Below are positions 38,198-50,465 of a DNA stretch of 64,000 bases, one piece after another. The stretch spans positions 30,630,001 to 30,694,000 of the forward strand of contig NC_058383.1 in NCBI RefSeq assembly GCF_018350175.1, in the 5' to 3' direction. The stretch comes from Felis catus (taxonomy: Eukaryota). The notes under the pieces are model-generated. The model saw nothing but the letters and a program-made list of their open reading frames with translations. It searched no databases and was not told where the DNA came from. Made by a program: the position numbers and the translations under genes. The number at the start of each line of letters is the position of its first letter. The first letter of the stretch is position 1.

Positions 38198-38745
38198 AAT
38201 GCAGACTGGATTAGACCTTTTGGGGGTGGGGGGCTCATGTCCTCTTAACCGCAGGGCAGTGAAGTCCCCTCCCCATCTTCCCTAAAACCAGTGTTTGTAG
38301 GTCTTTTCTCTCTGGCTCTCAGAGGCCTGCCTCATGACAGATTTTCCTTGCCTCTTTCTGGGGGGGGGGGGGGGGCGCCCACCTGGCTGCTCTCATTCTG
38401 AAGGCACATGGAGGAAAAAGGCTATGCTCACAAAATTAGGGTAAAACCTTTTATTTTAATCTTCCTGTCTTCACTATGGTACCCCCATCCCCCACCGTAC
38501 CTGCTGGCTCTCAGAATCCCTATCCACTCTTTACAAAAACTAAAGCCCCCATCTACCAAAGTACAAAGGGCAGTGGTCCAGCTCCCAGGAATTTCAGTAC
38601 CTCTTTCCATTTTAGCTCCCTTTTACTCCCATTTTTGAGGATACCTGTCCCCACACATTCTTAGGCCTTTGGGTTGTCTATAATACAAATCAGATTTTTT
38701 TCCCTTTCATTCACTTTCTTTACTTCTTTTTAAAATTGAGGTTTA

Positions 38746-38953
38746 GGGGCGCCTGGGTGGCTTGGTCGGTTAAGTGTCCGACTTCGGCTCGGGTCATGAT
38801 CTCACGGTCCATGAGTTCGAGCGCCGCGTCGGGCTCTGTGCTGACAGCTCAGAGCCTGGAGCCTGTTTCGGATTCTGTGTCTCCCTCTTTCTCTGCCCCT
38901 CCCCTGTTCGTGCTCTGTCTCTCTCTCTCTCAAAAATAAATAAACGTTAAAAA
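38746..38953 (+). mobile_element. Young Can-SINE with perfect TSD
   Basis: CpG-rich body. TSD aaaattgaggttta at 38732-38745 and 38954-38967. Confidence 0.94.
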
Positions 38954-39169
38954 AAAATTGAGGTTTAAACCTGTGCAGACAGTTGTCTAACTGTTGTTTT
39001 GTAACTGTAACTGTTGTTTTGTCTGACATATCATTCTGAAAATATTTTGGGGCATTTATTTCTCCATGATTTTAAAATAGTTGAGTATATTACACATGAT
39101 GCAAATATTCACAATAAAGGAAATTTAGCTTGGTTAAAAAAATAAAATAAAATTTAGGTTTAATATTAA

Positions 39170-39715
39170 AAAAGTAAGATGCTGTTAATCTGAAGTGAAG
39201 AGCTCTAGGGTGCACATTCACCCTCAATCACCACTCACATCTAGAGAGCGAACCTTTGCCACCTGCCAGAAAGCTCGCTTGTGCTTCTTCTCTGTCAATA
39301 ACCTTTCTGTCACTATCAGTTGGTGTTGCCTGTTCTTGAAATTTGTAACAATGGGACTGTACACTTTGTATTCTTTCTGGCTTCTTGTACTGTGTGTGAT
39401 ATCTGAGATCCATCCATGTCACCGCGTGCAGTGGCACCTCGTGCTTTGTTACTGCCGTATAGTATCTGTCTCATGATTACATCACACTTTACCTGCCCAT
39501 TCCACTACTGATGCTATCTGAGTCATATCTGTTTGGGGACTCCTATGAATAATGCTGCTATGAATTTTCATACTCCTGTCTTTTATTAGACCTGTGTACT
39601 CCCTTTGTTGGGGACAGTCCTGGGAGTGGAATTGGCCGGGTCATCGGGACGATGGAGGTTGAGCTTTGGTAAATCCCTCCAGAGGGTTCTACAGAGGGGT
39701 TGTACCAAGCCAGTT
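39170..39715 (-). mobile_element. Old L1ME/MD-like 3' fragment
   Basis: tgagatccatccatgt..ccattccactactgatg..atgaataatgctgctatgaa..gggagtggaattggccgggtcat. Confidence 0.65.
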
Positions 39716-39749
39716 GCTTCTTATCTATTCCCACTTGCAGCTGATTATG

Positions 39750-39964
39750 TTTTTTTTAAATTTTTTAGTGTTTATTTTTGACAGAGAAAGAGACAGAGCA
39801 TGAGCGGGGGAGGGGCAGAGAGAGGGAGACACAGAATCAGAAGCAGGTTCCAGGCTCTAAGCCGTCAGCACAGAGCCCAACGCGGGGCCCGAACTCACAG
39901 ACCAGGAGATCATGACCTGAGCCAAAGTCGGACGCCCGACCGACCGAGCCACCCAGGCGCCCCT
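39750..39964 (-). mobile_element. Can-SINE with TSD
   Basis: TSD cagctgattat at 39738-39748 and 39965-39975. Confidence 0.93.
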
Positions 39965-42900
39965 CAGCTGATTATTTGACTTTCTGAGTGAGCTAAGTCC
40001 ACTTGTTCCCCTGCTCTCCGGTCTGCACATTTCTGTGGCTGTTCTCTCCTCTCTTCTTTGTCCCGGGGAGCAGACTGTCTTTGCAGTACGGTGTGGGCAA
40101 GGAACAGAGTCAAGTGTGTGTTTCCAATCAGCCATCTTTAACTGGAAGCCTCTTAGGACTTGAAGATGGCTTTTAGCTCTCAGTCTTACCAAACACGATC
40201 GCTCTCGTGTTTTCTCTGAGTCATTTCTGCTTAAAGGTTTTATAAAAACAAGGCTTTGTTGCCCTCAGCCTTTCACAGCTACTCCAGACATTGTTTTCTG
40301 CGTTCCTCACCGTCAGCAAAGTGACAAGACAATTCTGCTTCCACGTCTTTATCAGATATAAAAATTGGTAAAGAACAGACTAAAGGTATAGTTTGTGGGG
40401 TTCTTTCCCCTAAGTTTTTTTTCCTGAGCTTGTAGTGTTCAAGTCTAGGAAAATCTGAATACCCTAACATTTAACCTTGTAACATCCCCAGTGTATGTCC
40501 CAGGTGTTCCACTCGCCCCTGGGACTTCTTCCCCACTTTGGTTTGGGCACATTAGGACTAGGAGGCATGGTGGGACTCCTGCAGCCCTGGTTTGGAAATG
40601 AGACCGTGTTTTCCCCAAAGAACGGAGGGTGCATGTTGCCCCCCACCCACCCCAGGGCTCCTTCTGGGGCCTCCTTCCAGTGCAGAGATGGCAGCAGGCA
40701 GGGTGGGGATGGCAATGAGGAGTCCCAGACACCTTCTTTGTTCACAGAGGTAGTGAGCATGCCAGCAGACAAGATGGCAGGCACACTTCATGCCTGAGGC
40801 ACTCCGGAGCTCCCAGGTTCTGAACGTCCCATCCATTTACCCCTCAGGCCCCTCCCCAGGACACCTGACCCTTTGTCCTCTAACTTATCCCCTTTACCAA
40901 TCCTTCTTGTATCATAGAACTGGCAAGACCACGTTTCTTTTCCCGTGGCCTCAGTTCACATCATTTGATGTGGTTCTACCCATTAGCACAGTGTTACCAT
41001 GCGGAGGGGCCCCAGTCACCTGGTCGTGTAACCACGGTATCAGTGCAGTAGCAGGTGCCTCAGGATGCAGTAGGGCTGGTGCTTAGCACGCGGTAAGAAT
41101 GCCATGGCTGATAACTGACCTCACATGTATGATTTCTTCTTACAGAGTGAGCGTCTGAGTGTCCTAGGCGAGTTCTTTGCTTCACTTGGTCTAATTCTCC
41201 TGTGACCTTGGCTCACCTCGCTCTTTCTTTGGGGTCCCAAGAATATAATCAACCCGAAGAACCTGAAGACTCTTCATCTTTATTTCCCCTGCTTCTTCAT
41301 ATATCAGAGATGTGTTACCCTAAAACCACGAATTTAGTACATTTTCCTCCCGTTAATGTAACAAATAATATTTCTAAGTATAGATAACCACATAATTATA
41401 CCTTTACCAAACCTCTAATCAGATGCATTTAGTGTACTCATTAGTTCACATAATACATTTTTCTTCTATATTATATTAAATTCCCTTGTAAGTATTGTTA
41501 CCTCTAGGCATAAATAATAGGTTCTTAACGCTAACTGGTAAGAGCATTTTTGAAAAGAAGGAAAGACAAAATCTGGCAACACTGACAGAAATCTCAAATA
41601 TGTTGCTGGGAAGGTAAACATTGCAGCTGGGGAGCGAAGCGTGGTTGTAGGTCTCACGTGCTTCCGGGAGTACACGCATCAGTGTTGTGGAATAGCTAGG
41701 TTATTGTGAGGTGACCTGAGATCGAATCACCAGTTGCAGTGTTATTCCTGTGGCAAATCCTAGTTGCTTTCCAAGCAGCCGGTGTATGAACAAACTTTTG
41801 CACCCAATGCATTTGTGAAATGAAAACTGTTCTAAGAGGTTTACAGATTTTTATAATTCTAGAGTCTTTCCCCTTTAAAAAAAAAAAATACTGCCGGCTG
41901 CTCCAAGGGGGATAATTTACCAAACACCAAATGTTTGCAAGTTAATACAACTGTATTTTAATGTTTTTAAGTACAGAATTATGGGGAATTCAGAAAGTAT
42001 AGAGCCTCATCTTTATGGAGGAGATGACATTACTCCGCCCAAATGGAAGGCTTAAATAAAAATGGCTTTGACATCCAGAATCTCCTGTACAATTCCAGCG
42101 ATTTCCCCGATGTCTTTGGCAGATTTGACCATTTGGTCCAAGAATTTGCTGCTGTGTGCTGTGCTCCTTGTTACCACTGGCTGGAACGCCTGTCTGCTTG
42201 ACTGGCCTGGATACATGTCAATAAGTCTGGAGCGTCCCTCTATTTGACACACTTTTGGATGTACTAACTCTCCCTCGTGAACCCAGGAGTCAAGTTGTTT
42301 ATTGTCAAAAGGCTGTGAGGGTTGTGCGCTCTTTGTCGTCACTTGGTCAGTGGTTCATTGATGGTCCTTTGAAGACGGTCCCCAGAGTCGAGTGCGAGTG
42401 TTCTCCCTGCCCCAGCGCCATCAGAAGCCTTGTGTGTGCATCCCTGAAGAAGGGACCGCGTCTGTCTCCTTCACACCGCCCCGGGCGCCTAGCCCTGTAC
42501 GTGTACGTGTTGCGTCACTGCTGTTGACTTTGTTTTCCGTTCACTGAACATAGACATAGCGGGTTTTGATTGCTGCTTTATACCTGGATGAATTAAGGCA
42601 GCACACAGTTAAGCAAGCAGTGGTGCCATGGTGACGGGATGGTGGCCGTGTTGAAATAATACGTCGGAAGTGCTGACCTTGGTGCCCTGGCATATAGAAA
42701 CTCACTAATGATAGCAAGGGGGCACACTCATCACTGCTTGTTGCCAAAAAAGAGCAAAGCTGGTTTGTCACAGAGTGAGGTTTAGAACGCCCGTCTCCCC
42801 GCTCCCCGAATCCAACGAACCCCCCGGAGACGAGCCACTTCCCAGGCCAGCCCTCCGTGGCTGAGTCCCTGGCTCCATGCAGCTCGGCCGTGGGTCCCCA

Positions 42901-43808
42901 TTCCCTCCCCACTGTGACTACAGTAAGTCCTGGTTCGCTCATCTCTAAATCGTGGGAATAGAACAATGGATTGATGCTATGTGAACCCAAAATAGCATGG
43001 TACCAAAAAAAAAAAAAAAAAAGGAAAGAAAGAAAGAAAAGCCTCTTTATGCTTTACCTTTGAAGTAATACAGCTCCCTTCAAATTAAACGTTTGTCAAG
43101 AATCATGTCATTTCAGAGCTGGTGAAGCGGGTGGTGAGTAAAATGCAAAACTTTTCATGCTCTTGCAAAGCGTCAGGGGCACTTGAGCTGGTAAGCAAAT
43201 AACACCATCCTGTTTCAGGAGTAGTTTTGAAACAGGCAAGTTTTGTATTGGGCAGGGATTTCAGCAGGTGCCTCTTGCGTAGGATGCCACATCCATCCGG
43301 TACACCATCGCAAGGGTGATGTGAGGGTCAGGTGGGATGAGGAGTAAAAAGACGAGGCCAAGCCTCTGAAACTTTGAGTAGTTTGCGATTCCGTGAAGTG
43401 AGCAATTTGACGGGCTGGTGACCCGGCTGGGAAAGCTCATGACCTGGCTGTGAGAACGGATTGCCAAGAGGCACCCATGGGCCGGCCATTGCAGGCCTCC
43501 GAGAGGTAAGCTACAACCAGAGCAGAAGAAACGTGTTCTTGCCTTTTCTATGATGCAGGAACGATAGGTAAAGAGGGATTTAAGAAGAGGACAGCGGGTC
43601 AGCTCTCCTGGGAAGGGCCTGTGTACTGTATGCAGTTACTGGGGGTTAGGATTTTCATATAAGAATTTGAGAGGAAGCATTTTAGCCTGTAATAGGCACA
43701 TGCCACTACCCAATGCAGCTTCACAGAGTTCGCTGCAAGCTGTGCCTTTAATTATCTCAAGTTTGCTACAGCTCTGTTAGGGAAAGAGACTTTAGGGATA
43801 GAGGAATG

Positions 43809-43883
43809 GTGCATGTGCATGCGTGTGTGCATGTGTGTGTGCGTGCGTGCGTGTATGTGCGCGCGCGCGCGTGTGTGTGTGTA
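43809..43883. repeat. Alternating purine-pyrimidine tract with a (CG)n core
   Basis: gtgcatgtgcatgcgtgtgtgc...gtgcgcgcgcgcgcgtgtgtgtgtgta. Confidence 0.9.
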
Positions 43884-46039
43884 GAAGTTGGATTGCAGCT
43901 GGATGGAGAAGTTGCTGAACCTTCTTTCCTTCTCAGAAAGCCTGGACTGAAGAGGAAGGGTTCTGAGGTTGCTCAGCCGAGAACCCACCACTGGGATTAG
44001 GGAGAGGAGGGAGGAAGGGGGGGTGTTCTGTGCGTATCCCACTGTCTTGTTAATTTCTGCATTCAGCCGATCCCAAATTAGACCAAATTCATATATATCT
44101 CCCAAGTGTCTTCACCAAGAAAATGCTACTGGAGACTGCTGCTCACTGCACTGCCCAGCCTTGGTGCCATGTGAAATACTAGGCAGATTCAAGCCCCTGA
44201 GAGCTGGGGCAGGCCAACAAGACTGTGCAGGTGGGAAGGGATCTGACCGCATACGGCAGCCATTTTCCAGACAGGTAATTCTTGCCCATCACAGACTAGT
44301 TCATCTGCCTCCCCTACACTGGCCTAGGCTGGGGAAATCATTTGGTTTGTAAGTAACTGCTCGGAGTGTGCTTATTCAAGCGCCATATTGATTTTGTTCT
44401 TTTCACCGCCGCTGGTATTGAACTGGAAGTCCACTCTAGATCCTGCCGAATGAATAGCCCATTTCATCATCGTACTGTTTCTGTGCTTGCTAAAGTTGTC
44501 CTGCTGTTTAATCTAAGTTTTCCTGACAGTGGTTGAGTACATTAGCATCAGCTCTCATTTGAGTTCTTGTGCCTACAGGGACCAGGGAATAGAGACGTCT
44601 CATTTTCTTTAAGCAGCACCCTTTCGTGTCGATTTGCTACAGAGAACATTGGTTTGCTTGTTGAAAAAAAAGAAGAAAGTCGTCTTACTAAAACAGTAAA
44701 TAGATTCATAACACCGTTGAAATCTATTCGCAGCATCTGTTATTTAGACAGCCTCCACAGAGGAGAGGAAACGTTTTGAAGGTCTCAGAGGTGGATGGTT
44801 TTCATCGGTAGTTTTCTGGTGGATTTTTCCCATCACTGCGTTTGCTGGCCAGGTTTGGGATGGTTGGAGAGGAATAGAAACACACAGGTTGGCTGTTGAT
44901 TTCTTGTTCTGTTCTTTTCTGTAGCCAGGTTATACCCTCTGGGGCTTTGAGGCAGCTTCTGTTCTCCTTTCTCCCCAGAGGAGAAGACAAAATATGTTTA
45001 TCGTGGTGTTTTGTGGTTAGCAGGTAAGCACTCAAGGTTTGTAGTGTCTACCCGCACTTCTGGTAGAGATGTGCTCTCAGTAGAGCACAGTGTTATTTTC
45101 CCTTCAGAAGGTGGAGCCCTCATCCAGTGTTGAATTTTAGAAGTTCTGTCTGTATTCAGGATATTAATGCCTTATATGATACATGACTGGCAAATATTTT
45201 CTCCAGCTTTATGACGCACAGGAGTTTTAAAAACTGTCATGAAGTCCATTTTTTTTCCTTCTGTTGCCTGTATCCATATTAGTACTTCAAGTTTTATGTT
45301 GAAAAAGAGCATTTGATTTTTACCTTGAATCTTTTTCTTCCCCAGTCTTTTTCCTGTCAGTAAATGATATGACCTCCCAGTTGCTGAAATGCCAGGAATT
45401 ATTTTTAAGCCCTTCTTCTCCTTCTCGTAACTCATACAACAAGGACTTCCATTGTTTCTACCCGCTAAATATCTTTCAAATATTTCTATTTATACCTCTC
45501 ATTCTTCATTGCTAGTATATATATAATTAATTTTTGTATACTGACCTTGATTCCAATAACCAAGCTAATCCCCCCCCCCCTTATTAATCTAGAAACCTTT
45601 TTTTAACAATAGATTCTTTGGAGTTTTCTATAGAGACAGTCATGTCTTCTGGAAATAGGCAGTTTTATTTTCTCTTTTCCAGTCTGTTGGAAAAGAGAAA
45701 ATATTTCTTTTTTGTGGCTTTACTGCCCTGGCCAGAACTTCCAGCATGATGTTGTATAGAAATGGCAAGACCAGACACCTTTGCTGTGTTCTCAGTCGGG
45801 GGGGAGAGTGTTCAGTCTTTTACCTTTAAGCATGGCATTAGCTACAGGTTTTTTGTAGCTGTGCTTTATCTAGTTAAGGACATTTACTTCTCTTCCAAGT
45901 CTGCCAAGAGATTGTATCAGCCAGTGTATTTTAAGGCTATTTGCAAAGAAAGAAGATAATGATCTCTGCCTTAATGAGTAATGACAGTAAAAGTTACATA
46001 TTCCATGGTACCACATCGTATCAAAAATTCAAAGTTAAT

Positions 46040-46212
46040 GGGGCCCCTGGGTGGTTCAGTTGGTGCATGTCCCACTCTTGCTTTTGGCTCAGGTCATGAT
46101 CTCATGGTTTATGGGTTCGAGCCCTCCATCACGCTCCACACTGACAGTGCCGAGGCTGCTTGGGATTCTCTTTGTCTCTCTCTCAAAATAAATAAGTAAA
46201 CTTAAAAAAATT
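46040..46212 (+). mobile_element. Can-SINE (older)
   Basis: ggggcccctgggtggttcag...tcaaaataaataagtaaacttaaaaaaa. Confidence 0.85.
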
Positions 46213-46489
46213 CAAAGGTAATGAATGACATAAATACTTTATAATTATCTTTATAATGTTTTCTACCTCCTGGTTTTATTTTAACTACTTGCATTTAAAA
46301 ATTTTTTTAAAAATGTATTTTAAGCACATCACAGGTTTCCACGCTGCCCTCGTCAGTCCCATCCAGAGTTCTCAGCAGTTAGCAGGTGTGTGCTGACATC
46401 GGGGTCCCTGTTCTCTCGGTACCCCCTTTTCAGCAGGTGCCCCTCATCCGCCGTGGAGACTCGTCTGGAACAGTCCTCCTCCTGTCTTC

Positions 46490-48004
46490 TTTTTGTTTTT
46501 TCTTCAAGTATAATCGACATCATGTTATATCGGTGTCAAGTGTATAATATAATGATTCAAAAATTCTATGCGTTCCTTGGTGCTCATCGCGGTACCTGTG
46601 CTCTCAGTCCCTTCGTCTCCTTCACCCGGCCCTGCAGCCCCCACCCCCACAACCATCAGTTCTTTATATTTAAGGATCTTGTTTTTTGTTTGTTTCTTTT
46701 TCCTTTGTTTGTTCACTTGTTTTCCTAAATCCCACAAATGGGTGAAATCATACGGTATTTGTCTTTCTCTGACTTATTTCACTGAGCGTAATACTCTCCA
46801 GCTCCATCCACCTTGTTGCAAATGGCAAGATCTCGTTGTTTTTTATGGCTAATATTCCATTTTTATATACATGCCACATCTTCTTTGTCCATTTGTCAGT
46901 TGATACATATGGTTGCTTTCATATCTTGGTTATTTAAATAATTCTCCGGTATATCTTTTTGAATTAGTGTTTCTGTTTGCTTTGAATAAAAACCCAGTAG
47001 CGCAGTGACTGGATCAGGTAGTATTTCTGTTTTTAAGAACCTCTATTTTTTGAAGAACCTCCATCCCGTTTTCCACAATGCCCACACCAGTTTGCATTCC
47101 CACCAGCGCCGTAAGGGGATTCCTTTTTCTCCACATCCTCGCCAATACTTGTTATTTCTTGTCTTTTGATTTTAGCCTTTCTGACAAATGTAAAGTGGAA
47201 GCTTCATTGTGGTTGGTTTGTATTTCTGTGATGATGAGTACTCTTGAGCATCTTTTCCTGTGTTGGCCATCTGTGTGTCTTCTTGTGAAGAGTGTCTGTT
47301 CAGGTCCTCTCCTCATTTTGAATTGGATTATCTGGGTTTTTTGGTGTTGAATAATTTGGACATTAACCCCCTTATCAGATATATCATGTGCAGCTATTTT
47401 CTCCCATTCAGTAGGTTGCCTTTTTGTTTTATTGATGGTTTCCTTCACTGTGCAAAAGGTTTTTTTTAATTTTCATGTGGTCCCGATAGTTTAATTTTGC
47501 TTTCTGTGTCCCTTGCCTCAGAAGACATATCTAGAAAAATGTTTCTATGGCCAATGAATGTCAAAGAAATTACTGCCTTTGCTCTCTTCCAGGATTTTTC
47601 TGGTTTCAGGTCTTACATTTAGTTTAATCCATTTGAGGTTTATTTTTGTATTTGGTGTTAAGTGGTCCAGTTTCATTCTTTTGCACGTAGCTGTCCAGTT
47701 TTCCCAACACCTGGTGTAGAAGAGACTGTCTTTTTCCCTCTGGATATTCTTTGCTCCTTTGTCATAGATTAATTGACCATATAAGTGTGGGCTTATTTCT
47801 AGGCTTTCTATTCTGTTCCATTAATCTATATGTCCGTTTTTGTGCCAGTTCCATACTGTGTTGATTACTGCAGCTTTGTAATATAACTTCACTTTGGGGT
47901 TGTGATACCTTCAGCTTTGCTGTTATTTCTCAAGATTGCTTTGGCTCTTCAGGGTCTTTGGTGGTTCTATAGAAATTTTAGGATTATTTGTTCTAGTTCT
48001 GTGA
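46490..48004 (-). mobile_element. L1 3' portion (ORF2 C-terminal half plus 3' UTR)
   Basis: The minus ORF 47152-47448 reads KETINKTKRQPTEWEKI, a hallmark L1 ORF2 peptide. T-rich tail near 46490-46502. Confidence 0.92.
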
Positions 48005-48404
48005 CGCTCACACAACCAAATGGAAAGATACTCCATTCCCATGGTTTGGAATAACAAATATGGTTAAAGCGTCCATACTACTCAGAGCAATCTGCAGATT
48101 TGATGCAGTCCCCAACAAAATAGCAACGTTTTTCACAGAACTAGAATAAATAATCCTAACATTTTTTTAATGTTTTTTTTTTTTAATTCTACTTTTGAGA
48201 GGAAGAGAGAGAGCGGTGTGCGTGGCGGAGGGGCAGAGAGAGGGAGACACAGAATGTGAAGCAGGCTCCAGACTCTGAGCTGTCAGCACAGAGCCCGATG
48301 CGGGACTCAAACTCACGGACTGCGAGATCATGACCTGAGTTGAAGTCAGCCACTTAACCGACTGAGCCACCCAGGTGCCCAAATAATCCTAAAATTTTAA
48401 TGGA
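48005..48404 (+). mobile_element. Inverted 5' segment of the same L1, interrupted by a minus-strand Can-SINE (about 48162-48380)
   Basis: Sense L1 ORF2 sequence aaatggaaagatactccattcccatgg...tttttcacagaactagaa. SINE TSD aaataatcctaa at 48148-48159 and 48381-48392. Confidence 0.85.
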
Positions 48405-49044
48405 GATTTCCTTCTTTCTTCTCAGTCATTTCTTGTGATTTTTCTTCCTTCTTCAAAGTCTCTTCTTCCCTTTCCCTGCGTCCCTTTCTATCCTTCCTGT
48501 GAAGTGCACAGCCCTGCTTGATCCATAAGAAACTCATGGAAACTCGGTGTCCTTGGCCAGAGTAACATTTTTTCTGTTCCTGATGCTCGTGAGGCTTGGC
48601 TTTGGGCTTTGCTATTAATAATAGGACTTCTTTAGGAAGTACTACCTTCTTTTAAGATACACTAGCCGCTATGTTAATAATACTAAGGGGTTATTGATGT
48701 CCTGACCCTAAAGACATTCTGGTACACACAGAAGAAAGCATGTTGAAAATAATGCAAATGTTTTCCTTAAGCTTGTTGGCTTTTTGTAATCGAGAAGTTA
48801 CTCCATCGCTTCTAAATTCTTACCTAAAAATTCTTTCTATCCCTGGGGAATGTTTTCTTTCCTTCAGAAATGATTTATTGATTGCTGTGTGCACACTGTG
48901 AGTCACCAGTCAAAAAGGGAGAATTCAGTACATTCGGGTGTTGGGGTAGAGGGAAGACAGCCAGTGCTTTTGCATCCCTGTTTGTACAAACTCTGAAAAT
49001 CGTGGTCTTGGTACGAATCCTTACGCTTGCCCTCTGAGGTGTGG

Positions 49045-49185
49045 AGGTCACCATCTTCATTTCATACACGATGAGAACAAGGCTCAGAGGAACCAAGTGA
49101 CTCACCCAAGGCCACATGGCTTGTGAAAGGCAAGAGTCAAGGACCAAACCGAGTGCCCTAGACCCCACCTTCATACTGTGCCTCC
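49045..49185. mobile_element. MIR
   Basis: gatgagaacaaggctcagaggaaccaagtgactcacccaaggccacatggc. Confidence 0.7.
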
Positions 49186-50417
49186 ACGTGAGGAGTATAG
49201 AAGGTTCTGGAAAAGCTTCATGAGAGAGGCTCATATTTGACTGAAGGGATCCAGGGAAGATGGCTTTCTTGTTTTTTTGTTTTTTTTTTAACAATTTATT
49301 GGGGGTATTTGTGGTTTCCTCTAAAGCAGGATCCCTCCGAAGTTTGGAAACAAACATCCTATTACTGTGTCTAATTCACAGCTCTTCACTATAGATGCCT
49401 TGTAGGCAGGGTCTCCTTTCCCCGTTTTGACTAAGCCTTTCTTTTAGGTGCTTTTTTTGTGTATGGTCATTAGCTGATCAAACGTCATTTGTGTCAGTAT
49501 GTGAAGGGTCGTGATGAAATGCCTTTTGAAAATCACGAATGGGAGACACTCTGCATCCCAGTGCATTATAAAGTCCTTGTCCTACGGATCAGGACGGCTG
49601 AGAGAAGTCACCCTGGAAGCTAGGATCTTAGTTCGTGACCAAGATACTGTAATCAGAGGCAGCACTCTGAGCTGGAGCCCCAAGTTCAAATCCTGACTCC
49701 CCCACTGGTTGTCAAACCAAATTAATGTGAGTACAGCCCTTAAAACAGTGCCTGATGCATATAGTAAGTGACAGATAAGTATCCCCAAGTCTGCATGAAT
49801 GGAAAGAAGAGAACATTCGTGGTGGCTTTGGGGTTTTTAGGAAACCGGTTAAGGAAAGATTGGCGCTGGTTTATGGAGTTTCTTTGAAATGGTTTATCAC
49901 GTTCAAGATCATAAAGGAGTCACCCTCCCTGTTTGTTGAGGTAGGGAAAGAACTGAACAATGGGGTCTTAGAGGGGGTTATGTATAGTCAACACAGATGT
50001 CCACAGTCCAGGTTTAGCCAAACAAGCAATGTCAGTCCCTTTAAACCAGGAGCCCCAGGGCCAGTCCAGAAGAGCGAGGAGGCAGACACTGGTTGTAAGC
50101 TAATGCCCAGCACCACCAAGGGAGGGCCTTCTTGGTCCCTGGTGCCAGGCAGGACCTGCTTCTCCCCTGAAGAACTCCTCCTGTGGCAGTCAGCCAGCTC
50201 ACCTCTTCCCCAAACCAATTCCCCTCATCCCAGAAATTGGGACTGCTTCAAAATGCAGCTGCCTGACTGGGATGCAGCTGACAAATTATAGCTCCTGGAT
50301 CTTCTTTAAACCTTAGGATCCTGGAACTAAAATCACCTTAAAAAAAAAAAAAAAACAAAAAAACACTTTTCTTTCTTTAAATAAAAATGGAAACTAGTAT
50401 ATGTGAGCTTGGAAAAA

Positions 50418-50465
50418 GGAAGGAAGGAAGGAAGGAAGGAAGGAAGGAAGGAAGGAAGGAAGGAA
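50418..50465. repeat. (GGAA)12 microsatellite
   Basis: Perfect 48-bp GGAA run. Confidence 0.95.
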
